Shown here in pieces: positions 1 through 13,320 of a DNA stretch of 64,000 bases. The translations under genes and the position numbers were made by a program. A model generated the notes under the pieces. It was not told the origin of the DNA and searched no databases. It saw only the letters and a program-made list of their open reading frames with translations. Origin of the DNA: Nemertoderma westbladi (lineage: Eukaryota; Animalia; Xenacoelomorpha); contig JAUCBJ010000577.1 in assembly GCA_032718475.1 (NCBI GenBank), positions 1 to 64,000 of the forward strand, read 5' to 3'. The stretch's first letter is position 1. Every line of letters starts with the position of its first letter.

Positions 1-6
1 GACCCG

Positions 7-3000
7 GTGGCAATACTGACACCATTCGGGTGGACGCTAAGTGGCCCAATCAAGAGCAAGATACCATTTAGGATGTCGGAGACATCAGGATGCATGTTCG
101 CGGGAACTATGCAGGAAATGGGTGATGAGGGAGCAGAGGAGCAGCTTAAAAGACTGCTCAGACAAGATTTTGAAGGATTAAAGGAGACCGGGGTCGGGAC
201 CTCGGTGGAAGACAAACAGGCTCAGCAGAGCGTAGAGGAGTCTATGAAGTGCGACGAGGGGCGGTACACCATAGGAATGGTATGGAAACTACCGAAGTTA
301 CCACTGCCCGATAATAGAGGGATGGTACTCACGAGACTCCGCAAGCTGAAACAAACACTAAAACGGAGCCCCGAGAAGAATGAGTACATCCACAGAACGA
401 TCAAGAAGTACGTCGAGAAAGGATGGGCCGTGGAGTTACCGGTCGACGAACCGAACACGGACAGGACATATTACCTGCCACTCCACGTGGCTTTAGACCC
501 AAAGAAAGGTAAACTGCGGATGGTAGTTGACGCATCGGCAAAGACCAACGGAAAATGCTTAAACGACTATCTGTTAGAAGGTCCAAACATATACAACTCG
601 GGCATAGAGGTCCTACTTAGATTTAGGAATGGGAAACACGCCTTCACGTGTGACATAGAAGGCATGTTCAACCAAGTCCGTGTAACGGAGGAAGATAGCG
701 ACAGTCAACGCTTCTTATGGTATAACGGCGAGGAAGAACCGTCGATAATACCGGCATATAAGATGGTAGTACAAAACATGGGAGCCAAGTCGTCTTCATT
801 TACGACGACTATGGCAGTGAGAGATACAGTGAAGGGGAAGGAAGATAGATACAGCACTAGGGCCGTCGATATGATTCGACGCGGCTTCTACGTAGACGAC
901 GGAATGGAGTCTGGAAATACGGTTAAGGAGATACTGGACACAGGGCGCGAGGTTCGCGACATCCTAAAAGGATCCGGCTTTAACCTGACCAAATTCCAAT
1001 CCAGTTCGGAAGAATTTATCAAGGCGATAGAGGACAAGAGACCAGAATCGACCATGGATAATCCCACAACAGCCAAAGGGCAGGACATGGCGAACAAGAG
1101 GACAGAATCTCAACAGAAGGCACTGGGAATCGTATGGAACAGAGAGACAGACGAACTGAAGTATCAGCTGAGCCAGGAGGGCGCAGACATCCACACGAAG
1201 AGGGGCTATGTGTCGTATATAGCAAGGATATACGATCCCCTAGGTCTAGCATCCCCATTATTAGTCACGGGGAAACAGATACTCAAGAGAGTATACAAAT
1301 TGAAGGATGAGTGGGACGTAGAGGTACCAGAGGAAATCAAGAAACAGTGGAGTAAGTGGACAGGAGACTTGGAGAAGATGGGAACATACAACATGCCACG
1401 AGTGTATTTCCCGGATGGGAACATGACGAATCTGGACCTACACATGTTCTCCGATGCGTCGTTGGAGGCGTACGGAGCGGCACTCTATTTAGTACAACGA
1501 GAGGGGGCTCACAAGCCCAGACTGGCCTTTAGCAAAGCAAAGTCAACGCCGCCAGATTCAGCATCAGTTCCCAAGTTAGAATTGACAGCTGCGAGACTAG
1601 GAGTTAGAGCCACAGCCTACCTAGTGGATACTATTCCCAACATAGTGGAGACACACTACTGGACGGACTCCATGGTAGTGCTTGGTTGGCTACATAACGA
1701 AAGGACGAGATACCCAATATTCGTCGCGAATAGGGTGGACGAGATAAGGGCGACCACAGAATTGGAAAGGTGGCACTACTGCCCAACGGATGAGAACCCA
1801 GCGGACTTGTTATCACGGGGCGTGGCACGCCACACTTTCTTAAAAAAGGAAGGATTGTGGCAACACGGGCCGCAGTTTCTGAGCGACAAGGAGGCCTGGC
1901 CGCCGATGAGAAAGGTGGACCCGGACTCAGGAGAGGTAGTGTCAGAAGGAGAAGAGGGAGATTCAGAGGGAGAAGAGATATACTCCCAGATGGTGAGGGA
2001 GATAAGGGACGTGCAACCTAAACCAGAAGAACTGTGCGATAACCCGACAGATAAACTCCTCAGCTACAGCTCTAGTTGGTATAAGACCAAGAAATTAGTG
2101 GCGTACTGGAGAGCCTTCGGGAATTTCCTCGCGGGAGTTGGCAAGGACAAGAAGATCAGGACAACCATAGATCTGGAAGGAGCGGCCAAGGCAGTCATCC
2201 GCTATGAACAACGGAAGAACTATGGCGACGAGGTGGAACGCGTCGGTAACCAACAGCACCTTCGACGGGACAGCGAGCTGATCACGCTGTCGCCACAACT
2301 TAATGACGACGGGATTCTAGTAATGAATTCTAGGGTGGGATACAACAACAGCATAGTCGTACCACCGAAACCCATCATCATTCCCACAGGATCGCCAATA
2401 GTCCACCAGATTATCTGGGACTCCCATAAGTCAATATTGCACGGGGGCACCAACCGAACCCTCACGGAGATAAGGAGGACCTTTTGGGTCAAACAGTTGA
2501 GGAAGAAGGTAAAAGCGGTAGTGGGGCAGTGCCAGACCTGCCGACGAGCGAAGAAGGAGAGAGCCATACAAGAGATGGCACCACTACCAGCGAGTAGAGT
2601 AAGACAGCACGACCCGCCATTTACGCATTGCGGTGTGGACATGTTCGGGCCGATAAAGATCAAAGTGATGCGACACACGGAGAAACGCTATGGCATTATC
2701 TTCGTATGCAACAACACACGGGCAGTAGGGATAGAACTCGCCCAAGATGCAACCGCATCAGCATTCATTAATGCTTTAGAAAGGTTTAGAGACCGCAAAG
2801 GTGGGACGATCGCAGTGATATACAGCGACAACGGCACCAATTTTGTGGGGGCAGAGAACGAGATGGCAGAGGCCTTGGATATCCTGGAAGGAGAAGAAGT
2901 CAGGGCAGCCATGAGGCGACGACAAGTAAAGTGGGAGAGAAGGACGCCGTATGCACCACATACACTAGGATGCGTCGAGAGACTGGTGGGCAGTTCGAAG

Positions 3001-3534
3001 CGTCTCATGACGAAATTAATGAACACCCATATGGTCACAGAGGACGTCTTGAGAACAGTATTAGCGAAGTGCGAGGGTATCATTAATAGCAGACCACTAT
3101 ATCCGGAGAATGATGACCCTGAGTCACTAGACGTGCTGACGCCTAGCCATTTTCTAATGGAAAGGCCAGCGACCATCGATATGCGGGGTGTAGATCCAGA
3201 CGACATACACTCCCGCCAAAGTTGGAAAGTCGCTAAAGCAATAAGCGCAGAGTATTGGAGGAGGTGGGTAGAAGAATACCTACCCACGCTCCATAAAAGA
3301 AGCAAGTAGAGGAAGCCGAATAGGGAGTTAAGAGTAGGAGATCTCGTAATCGTTACGGATGATACTATCATCAACAACCAGTGGCGGTTGGCGAGAGTTG
3401 TAGGCACTTACTCCGATGAGGACGGAAGAGTCCGATCGGTAGAAGTGCGGATAGGTGGTAAGATAGGTGCGAAGGACAGAAAAACCTACAGGAGAGCTGT
3501 AGGGAAATGCTGTCTGTTAGAAGGGGCACCTTAG
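7..3534 (+). CDS. pol: BEL/Pao Pol (RT, RNase H, integrase, DUF5641-like C-terminus); 5'-incomplete, in-frame TAG at 3307-3309
   Basis: YYLPLHVAL..KLRMVVDAS, FYVDD, FSDAS, WTDS, H-H-C-C (HKSILHGG..CQTC), GVDMFGP, SDNGTNF, VERLV; same frame continues past the TAG as RKPNRELRVGDLVIV..WRLARV..LLEGAP*. Confidence 0.93.
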
Positions 3535-3654
3535 TGGAGTTAGAGAAGAGTTTAGTCGTCCAAGCTTTGGACTGAGGGGGGTGGGATTGAGGGCGAGACG
3601 CCCTTCCCACACATAAAAAAAATAGAAAATAAAAATAAAATAATAGTACATAGT

Positions 3655-4075
3655 AGGTACGCAGTTAGTAGGCAGAAGTTAGTCAGTAAGAAGGTACGTA
3701 GTACCTAGAGTTAGTTAGTTAGTTAGGAGGTACGTAGTACCTAGAGTTAGTTAGTTAGTTAGGAGGTACGTAGTACCGTTAGTTAGGAGAGAGTTAGAGC
3801 GTACGTAGTACCGCTAGTTAGGAGAGAGTTAGAGGGTACGTAGTACCGCTAGTTAGGAGAGAGTTAGAGGGTACGTAGTACCGTGAGTTAGAGGGTACGT
3901 AGTACCGTTAGTTAGAGAGTTAGAGGGTACGTAGTACCGTTAGTTAAAGAGTTAGAGGGTACGTAGTACCATTAGTTAGAGAGAGAGTAAGAGTCAGAGG
4001 GTACGTAGTACCGTTAGTTAGTTAAAGAGAGTAAGAGTTAGTTAGAAAGTAACTAGTACTAAGAAGTACTAGTTA
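3655..4075 (+). repeat. Degenerate tandem repeat (~25-35 bp units) with GGTACGTAGTACC core, between pol and the accessory ORF
   Basis: About 10 copies of GTACGTAGTACC separated by AGTTAG/AGAG runs. Confidence 0.85.
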
Positions 4076-4453
4076 GTAAGAGATAGAGATAGAGGTAGAA
4101 GGGTATATATGGTATAGATATCAGTTAGTAATTAGTAGCGAGAGGGGGGCATATGAGTACAGCTGGATAAATCGTGTGGCCACGCGACGCATACTGTTGT
4201 ACTGCACAGGCCCACAAAGTAGGCCAGAATGTGGATTAGGAGATAGAATAATCCATAGGCAGTAGCAAGTAATAGGAAACAGTAAGGTAGTAGGATTAAA
4301 ATCAGATCAAAATAAATAGGATAAATAGGGCTAAGAAGGGGAACAAATTATGGTAACAGTAATAAGAAAATATAGGCTATTTAACTCAGAAATTCAGAAA
4401 GAGATAGGCCATCGAACTGAACTTAAACCACCTAAACCCATCACTCATCACAT

Positions 4454-5915
4454 TTGCGCCTTGGCAAGGCACCACCTACTGGTGAGCGATCGGGCAGAGT
4501 TCGAGATGGCAGGCAAACTAGATGGGAGAGGAGAGAAGCAGAAGAGAGGGAGGAGGAAGCTAGGGTGCAGAGCTACGGCTTTGAGGAACAAACGACCTTA
4601 GACGAACTTCGTTGGGCTTCGTCAGGGAGTTCGGGGGAGTCTCTAGGGAAAGAACTGGGGTGGACGGTGGGATCACCGAGACAGTCGATGTCGGGATTGC
4701 AAGCGATGCCCATACCAGCGGGCGCCGAGGGCGATCAACCGCAAAGGAAGCTAGGGGAGCTTGAGGAATGGAGAGTTACGGGCAAGAACCAAGGCGGGAA
4801 GGGACATAGTGGGTCCACCGGGATACCGGGGTTGGGACCACTGCAAGAGGAGGACAAGGACGACGACGAGTTCGGAGAGATGCCGCCCATCGAGAGGATA
4901 GGCCACTCGGACACGGACTGGGTTGGCGGGAGGGTGGTGACGGCCAGTGGGGCGAGAGCCTTCTGGGACAAACCCGGCAAGCGGGCCTGGGTGCACGAGG
5001 AGCCGGCGATGGATTTCGCGGGGAGCACTATCAGGTTGGGCAAGCAACCGGGGACGGCACCACGGGTAGTATTCGGAGAGACGATGCCCGGGAGGGGCGA
5101 GGAGATCGACGTAGACAGGGACGCTAACGTCCAGAAGTTCGCCTATCAGCGACTCCACAGACCGCGGAGATCGCTTGGGATGAAAGACGACGTGGGGCGG
5201 GAGACATTGGTACTCGGTTGCGACTACTGTGGGAGACAGACCCACCAGGAAAGGAGCTGTTTGTACCGGTTCCAGAAAGGGACCAGCTGTCTCTACTGCC
5301 ACGAGACGAGCCACAGGATGGGAGCGTGTCCACGGTTGCAGAACCGATGTCCGAAGTGCAACTTTCGGAGACACCACGGACGCCAGTGCGACTGGATGGA
5401 CGACGAAGAGAAGTTCAGAAGATTCGAGGAGTGGGCCGACGTCGGGGCCATGACGCGCCAGCGCATGAAGGCCCAGGAGTTCAAGTGGGGTTTCTTCCTT
5501 ATCAATCAGGAGGCTCACATGGAGATCATAAAGCGGAGGCTACCATTTACCTATCAAGAGGTAGCAACGGCGGCGTCGTATGCCGGGGTGATAAACACAC
5601 AAAGGTATTTGGACATGTGCGCCACAGAACCGAGGGGAGTTTAGGGATTTCTTGGCGGAGCACGTGCCGCGAGCAATGAAGATGATCTTATGGGACACCA
5701 CCAGGGGGAGACAACAGGGCCACTCGGAGGGGCCACCGGCGAAGCGATATCGGGCACTAATAACACCAGCGCCCAAGGAGTCAACAACCGGAATCAGTAG
5801 GGAGGTGGTGGCGAAAGTCCGAAGGCAGAAAGCGGATCCCAGAGGAGCGGTAGTGACCAAGAAACGACCCAGGGAGGAGGACGCCAGAGGGAACTATCTC
5901 CAGAGGGACAAATAG
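4454..5915 (+). CDS. Accessory ORF of BEL element 1 with tandem CCHC zinc knuckles; probable 1-nt frameshift near 5635; start uncertain
   Basis: ORF 4454-5644 has CDYC-x4-H-x4-C, CLYC-x4-H-x4-C, CPKC-x4-H-x4-C; a shifted frame at the AGGGGAG run continues EFRDFLAEH.. into ORF 5652-5915. Confidence 0.7.
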
Positions 5916-6633
5916 GTTCCCAGGGCCGGGGGAGAGAAACTGAGACTTTGACGTGGTACGCCTGGAAGGCGCCACGTGGGACGTATGAACTATTAAGTAC
6001 AAATTAAAATGATGCAAGCAATAAATAAGTGCAATTTGTATGTACGTACGTAGTAATCAGTAGTTTAGTCATAAATATACATTCGAAGTAAGTACTATAG
6101 TCATACAACCTTTCTCAATTAGCTACTGGGACTGGGGGGATAACTGACTATGGCACTATAGACGAGACACCAGACGATTTCACACTTCTTGAGTGCGACG
6201 GCACAGGAGGGGGGGTGAGACTCGTCAGAAGGGATAAGGTAGTCAAAGAGGGACGGAGTAATAGTGCGGAGTGCGGAGAGAGTGCGGATGCAATTCTAGT
6301 GTGGGGGGGGGGGGGGGAATGCGAGGCTGAGTGAGGGACAGGAAAGTCCGGGAGTTAGAGCGGGAGAGAGGAGAGTCTGTATGAGAGAAGAGTAGAGTCA
6401 GGGCGAAAGTGTTGGGGAAACAAAAATCGTGTGAGAAGTGAGCACGATCGGCCCGACATGGGACGCCAGGCATACAGGGTAGCGTTATCATACCCATAGG
6501 GAGCGGCCCGGAAAGCCGGCTCCGAGAGAAAAGAATTCCACCCCACACCCGATACTAGATCGGGATCCAGCGGGATTGTAGCGCACTTTAGGTGGATGCT
6601 ATCTTCTCACCGGGAAGATAGCATGGGGGGGAG

Positions 6634-7171
6634 TGTTAGCTTATTCAATCCCGCTAACCCAAACCCATAAAGTAGGCCGATAAGCAATATTGGGGGCCAC
6701 GAAATTGGGTAATCAATCACTCGTGTCACCCCAACAAAATGGGAAGGAGAAACACACAATGAGGGTCAGGGGCCAAACCCCTAACAGAGAGAGAATAGGC
6801 GGAGTGAACGGGAACACTCCAAAGGGTGCCAACAAGGGTATCAACCAATCAGAGGGGGAAAGGCATTGGCTAGGTAGAGTAACAAGGCCAACCCGTGCAA
6901 TATAACCAGTTGCAGTAATCATTTCATTCAGTTATCTCAGTGTTAGTTATTGGTGTTACAGTAGTAATAGTTTAGCTAGGGAAGTACCGGGACTTCAATT
7001 ACCGTATCCCGCCTTCCATGTACAACAACATTATTATTATATCATATCTATATCTATATACCCAAGTATTATACACATCAAACAACCGAAACTCTTTTAC
7101 TCTTCACACACGGCGGGGACGCGTGAACTGACAAACCGGATAAACCGGGATCCTATCTGGATCCCGTCACA
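6634..7171 (+). repeat. 3' LTR of BEL element 1 (~540 bp)
   Basis: TG start directly after the PPT and CA end at the LINE junction; partner LTR is not in the window, so the end is inferred. Confidence 0.65.
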
Positions 7172-10100
7172 CGGTGGAAAAGTCTGTGTCCACATTGTGC
7201 CAAGGCAGTTCTTGGGAAAGATTGCCTGGGGTGTGACTGCTGTGGGTCTTGGATACACACCGCATGCCTCGGCTTGGTCAAATCAGATATTTCCATTCTC
7301 ACGAAGAGTAAAAACTGTAAAATAGTGTGCAACACATGCGAATCGCGTGGCAGTTTTACCACCGGGGAACCTAATGTTCATCCGGCAGCTGTTACTACGG
7401 AAACACTAATGTCGGTCGTGTCCAACCTCAAAGATTCAATTTCAAAGGGGTTTAAGCAGCTGAACTCGGATTTATATGAGCTACGAGAAGAAACAAATGG
7501 TCTAGCGGCGGGGTCTTCAGATTCACCATGGACGATAGTTAGCCGGAAGACAACACGGACCACGGCATCCATGATGACATCGGATGATGTAGACCGGGAA
7601 GTGCGAGAACAACGGAAACGGGAGTTGAATATCGTTATTCGAGGATTACCGGTATTAGGCAAAGACTCTGACAAAGATAATATATCTTCCCTGTTGGAGT
7701 CGGAATTCCATCAGAAAGATGCAATTGTCTCAATACAGTAGTCTCCAGCCTTCCATCCAAAGATAACAAGGCCTCTCGTGTAATTATTCGTCTCACAAAC
7801 TTTGAAACCAAGAATCTTATTCTTAGTCAAAAGAAAAAACTTCGCCAATCTGCGTTATACAGAGCTGTATATATCGACCAAGATCTAACCCGTTTACAAG
7901 GCGAGCAGCAGTTTAATAAACGGTAAGCTGCCCGGAATCTTAGATCAACCCGATCAACAAACCGACCTATATCTCCTTCTTCAATCTCATCTCCATCGGA
8001 AAACGCGTAAACGGAGGAAAGCATAAAGCAACCAAGGACCCTTTTACTGGATGCTACGTAATAAATGCACAGTCGCTCAAGAATAAACTAACAGACTTTG
8101 AATTCTTTCTACAGTCAAATGGATATGGTATTGTTGGTATCACTGAGTCTTGGTTAACACACGAAATAACTGATAAAATGGTTAGCGGTAATGGTGACTA
8201 TATGGTATTCCGGAACGATCGCGTCTCTAGGGGGGTGGTGTCGCCATTCTTGTGCGAACAGACATCAAATGTGTCAAGGTTAAATTACCTCCGCAGTTTG
8301 AGGACACAGTAGAAGTGGTGGCCGTGGATTTGGTGGGTAGTTCCCCAAGTCGCTTTATTTGTACATATCGGTCGGGCACTATAGCAACCCTTGACTCTGA
8401 CAAATTGCTTTCCCAATGTTTATCTTCTCTTTGTGAAGTTACCTACCCATGCGTGGTAACTGGAGACTTTAACCTGCCTGATTATGATTGGCTTAAATTA
8501 ACCCACCCCTCTAATGATAACTATAATGTGCTTTCTCAATGTTTCAAGAGAAAAGTCTAACTCAATTGCAGCTAAAACCTAGCCGTGGTAATAACGTTTG
8601 TTCTTGTTTTTTTCTACTGAAGATATGTTTATTTCTAATGTTAATGTTTTGGCCCCTTATAGTACAAGCGATCACGATTCGGTTGTTTTTAGCATTTTAT
8701 CTGCTGACCGTAACTTTAGTTATCATGATTGTACTGGTTTTTAGGATTTTAAAAATGCAGACTATGTTAAGTTTTCCGACTATATAGATAACATAGCCTG
8801 GCCCTCTGTTTTCAATTCATGTTTGCTGGTAAATGATTTCTGGGATATTTTTAGTGCAGGGATTGATAAATTTGTTACATTTAAGGTTTTTGGTGCAAAG
8901 CGTAACAAAATAGTCCAACCAGAGTTCCTTAGACTTCTCCAGCGTAAGAAAAAACTGTTATGGCGGCGGCGCCATACAGTTAATGGTGGATTGGAATATA
9001 AGAAATATGCTAAAGATACATCACAAGCAACCTTCCGGGCTGCCTGCATACGCGAAAATAGTATTCTATGCTCAGGTAATATTGGAAATATTTTTGCACA
9101 TATAAATTCCAAACGTAACCTGAAATCAGGTATTTCTCCATTTAAGTACAAAGGTGCAACAGTTGTTAAGGATTGTGATAAGGCTCGAATTTTATCAAGT
9201 GTTTTTTCAGAAAACTTTTCACTTGATGATGGTGCTGTGCCTAATTTTGAGCGGCGTGTTCCAGCTCACGTATCTTTGTCCTCTGTCGATTTTACCCCAA
9301 TTAAAGTGTATACTTTTTTACGTACGATTGGAGGTAAATCCAGTCGCACTCCAGATGGTTTCCCTAGTTTGTTGTTTAGTAATTTATCACGGTGCCTTGC
9401 AGCTCCTTTAGCTACTATATTTCAAGTAGCCATGCTCTCCCTTCTATATATGGTTAACTGCTTACATTATACCGGTTTATAAGAAAGGTGATGCCTCTAA
9501 TCCGTATAAATATAGACCCATTTCGTTAACTTGTATTTCATGTAAGATTATGGAGATGTGTATCAAGGAGACAGTATTATAATATTTATACTTACACAAA
9601 GTAATATCTAAATCTCAGCATGGGTTTTTAAAAATGCGGTCTACTTGTTGTACTCAATTATTAGAATGTGTTACGGAGTGGTGCAATTTATTGGATAAAC
9701 GTCATACTACTACTAGGATCGGCATGCTGCATTGCAGCTGCATTTTTAAGAATGCTGTGCCGGCTTGTCGGCAAAATTGCGCCGCCACAACTCCCTATCA
9801 CCCATTACATTTGCTAGAACATCCGCATCTTCAAGACCAGTGTCCTTTAAGATGCGTCTCAAGAAAGTCATGGGCTGTCCACCATGTTTATTCACTCCAT
9901 GAGGCTGCCAAAGTACAAGATTATGCACTGGCTGGTCCTCACGGCGAAATCAATGTCCTGCAAAGCGGAGGCGATTTTGTTCTAGTGTCAAGCTTGGGGG
10001 AACCAATGAGATACCTCCAATGTTATATAGTGTCTGGTTGGAGATGTGTGCATTGTACACCGTACTTGACACAATGAACCCGGCGTAGCATTCTTATGAA

Positions 10101-12150
10101 TGTACCATCCAGAGATTTGGTGTCCTCAGCAGTTAGAGCCCAGCATGGACTCCCATAGAGGAGTACTGGAACTACTGCTGCTCTAAATAATCGGACCTTA
10201 AGTTTCTGATTAATTCTCGGTGACTTCCAAATCCTGGAAAGCCTATTCAAGGCTGCCCATGCCTTTCCCTTTCGTATTCGAAGGTCCTCACCTGACTTCC
10301 GGATCCATGATCCCAGGTAACAGAAGTCGTCCACATGCTCAAGCATACCATCCTTTGAGCTTCTGCTCATCCGATCAGAGACTTGCTGAGGACTTTCAAA
10401 GTTAACGGTCAGAATTTTGGTCTTTCTGGAGTTAATAAAAAGACCAACACTAGAAGCAGCATGTTCTAATGAGCTGATGAGCCGTTGGGCTCCCTCTAAT
10501 GATTCTGAGAGTACTCCTAAGTCATCAGCATAGTCTAGATCAGTTAGGTACTTGGCAGGATTTCCTCGACTTCTGGAGCCAGTAGGTGGAGTTATCATCA
10601 CCCCATCATCATTATGATAATCTAAGGACATGCGTAGAACATAGTCAACCACAATTATGAACAAGAATGGTGCAAGTGTGTTTCCCTGGAGGACGCCCCA
10701 TAACACTTCAAATGGTTCTGTGTCACCGTCAACAGTAGACACAAATGTTGTCGAACCATCGTATACTGATGATCTGATTGCTGCAATAATTTCATCAGGA
10801 ATCCCATATAATGAATGGGTTTTTAAAAAAGCGGTTTACTTGTTGTACTCAATTATTAGAATGTGTTACGGAGTGGTGCAACTTATTGGATAGACGACAT
10901 AGCTGTGATATAATATATGTAGATTTTGCCAAAGCTTTTGATTCTGTGGTACATAGTAAATTATTGTTTAAGCTATCTAGTTACTGTATCACAGGCGATT
11001 TACTGTTATGGTTATCTGCATTTTTAACAGATCGTAGTCAAAAAGTATTAATTGGTAATAGTTTCTCAGATGTCTGCCACGTGGTATCTGGAACACCTCA
11101 AGGAAGTGTCCTAGGCCCAATATGATTTATTATACTGTATTTATTAATGACTTACCTGATGCCATTGATCGCCGTGTATCATGTAAATTATTTGCCGACG
11201 ATGTAAAGCTATATGCACAGACTTCAGATAGATTAATACTAACAAAGCCTTATAAGATTAGGAAATGTGGTCTGCCACTTGGCAACTGCATATTGCAGCA
11301 CATAAATGCAGCGTGCTTCACATCGGCTCGGCAGACCGCACTGACTGTCAATATATGTTAGGGGGGAAATTATTAAATGTAGAAACATCTTGTAGGGACC
11401 TCGGTATTACAATGTGCAGTAACCTTATTTTTGATACCTATTGTCGTGAACAATCTGCAAAGGCTTTCAAAATGATCAACCTTATATTTAAGTGCTTTCA
11501 CACCAACAACCGCATTGCATTAATTATAGCTTATAAATCTTATGTGCGACCCTTGTTAGAATGCTGTACATCAGTGTGGTCTCCGTATCATTTAGGAAGT
11601 ATAGATTTAATTGAGCGTGTCCTGATATATTTTACACTTACACGCCCGCCGCCTTTATAAACGTTGTAATTTATATTGTTCGTTAAGTTATTTAGATCGC
11701 CTTACTGACCTACAGTTTCAACCATTAGAAGTCCGCCGAATAATCTATGACCTGAAGATGACCTTTGCTATATATAATAACGACGTTGACTTAAATATTT
11801 CTGACTTCTTCAGCTTGGCTCCTAGGGCTGGGTTGAGAGGACATGACCACCGCAAGTTGCACGACCGGCAGTCTCGACTGTTAATGTGTAAAAATATATT
11901 TGCGTACAGAGTTTTTCCTATTTGGAACTGGCTCCCTGCTGAGATTGTTAACTCATTGTCTAAAAGCATTTTCTCAAATAAAGTTAAAGGCCTGAATTTA
12001 CTTTCCTTTTGTTATTTTAACCGAGCTATGTGATAAATATGTTTTAATATATAATATAACCAGTTATTGTAATGTTGTCTGTCCTTCATGTTTTTTTAAG
12101 TGGTTTTATCTATTATGTACTATAATATCTGTAATAAATAAATAATTAAA
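7172..12150 (+). mobile_element. Degraded CR1/L2-group LINE (PHD-finger ORF1; APE endonuclease and RT ORF2)
   Basis: CPHC..CDCCGSWIHTAC..CNTC; INAQSLKNK..GITESWL; GDFNLP; YVDFAKAFDSV; GTPQGSVLGP; FADDVK; RDLG; many stops and frameshifts; AATAA-rich tail. Confidence 0.9.
9707..10814 (-). mobile_element. 5'-truncated RTE-clade LINE inserted in the CR1/L2 element, ~87-bp target duplication
   Basis: GVLQGNTLAPFLF, LDYADD, FCYLGS; (TAG)n tail; direct repeat 9620-9706 / 10815-10901. Confidence 0.88.
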
Positions 12151-12948
12151 AATAATATCTGTATAATGTCGAATTTTATCTGCTAATACGTTATTAAACT
12201 ATTTTAAAACTTTGTAGATATTTTGAACTATTTTAGATTTATTTTAAACTGTTGCAAATTTGTATGATCTATATAACCTACCGTAAGTGTACCAGGATTA
12301 CCGTAAGTGTACCTGGTTTGTTTTTCTCCGGTGTCTTTATTTTAATTAATATTTCACTGTTAAATAATAATAATAATAAAAAGCTAGGGATTGCAAGTAA
12401 AAAGCTACAGTAGTAACAGCACTGTGTGATCTTGAACACACGGAGATTGTAGCGCATGGCTATTGCCTGAGGCTGTGAGGCCTGTCCATCACATAGGCGG
12501 CATATAAGGAATCTCGGGTCTCCAGCATTGGAGTCAGAACACAGTGGTGAAACCCGTTTGGTATGAATTGAGCAGCAACTCGTCGGCGTTTTCCTGATAA
12601 CTTTTCTAGGGGAATTTGGGCTGTTGATGGATAGGCCTAATCTACAGCCGACATAATTTTTGTGGTTGAGGCATACTTGCTCAAACCACTCCAGAGTTTC
12701 CAAAAGGAAATAGGCCTGCTCGTACTCCATAGTACTGCACAGTACTACGGTATGCACTAAGTTCTGATATTAACTCTGAAACTACAGTACATACACCAGT
12801 ACACTCCTGTCGGCTATCACTGTCTGACTGTATCAGGCTATACTGCTATACAGTAGCCTAGCAGCCTAGTGCAGTTGTGTATAGGCCTATCCAGCTATCT
12901 CAGTATCTACTGGTATACCGGTACCGGTAATTTCAACATTCAAGCAGG

Positions 12949-13320
12949 ATGAAACGGATAACTAAATTCGGAGCTCGTACGGCAAAACCAACACGGATGT
13001 ACAGTCGGGCCGTGTTCACAGGATACCGCCGCGGGCAGAGAAAACAACGAGAGAGTCAGGCCTTACTAAAGATAGAAGGAGTACACAGCCGCAATGAAAC
13101 GGACTTTTACATCGGAAAGCGCTGTGTTTTTGTATATAAAGCGCGAAGGAAAACGCAAATACCAGGAACCAGCAAATCCAATAAAATGCGAGCAATTTGG
13201 GGAAAAGTGTCGAAGTCGCACGGCAAATCGGGCGCGGTTCGAGCTAGGTTTCGGCGGAATCTACCGGGAGACGCCATGGGTAAGCGGATACGGATAATGA
13301 TGTATCCCAGTCGAATATAG
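12949..13320 (+). CDS. RPL35A: 60S ribosomal protein L35a (eL33), intronless ORF
   Basis: [62 protein letters not shown] family signature; complete ORF. Confidence 0.95.
   Translation: MKRITKFGARTAKPTRMYSRAVFTGYRRGQRKQRESQALLKIEGVHSRNETDFYIGKRCVFVYKARRKTQIPGTSKSNKMRAIWGKVSKSHGKSGAVRARFRRNLPGDAMGKRIRIMMYPSRI

Larger units (their letters stand above)
1..7171 (+). mobile_element. BEL/Pao LTR retrotransposon 1 (5' part outside window): pol, repeat spacer, accessory ORF, PPT, 3' LTR
   Basis: Pao-type pol motifs; G-rich PPT at 6625-6633 followed by TGTTAG; LTR appears to end ...GTCACA at 7171 where LINE ORF1 sequence begins. Confidence 0.9.

Noticed and set aside
222-3407. Antisense ORFs over pol (also over the Gypsy and BEL 2 ORFs)
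   Set aside because: Shadow ORFs of the real coding strands
12278-12757. 159-aa - strand ORF head-to-head with RPL35A
   Set aside because: No recognisable motif or splice support; cannot be excluded as a divergent exon
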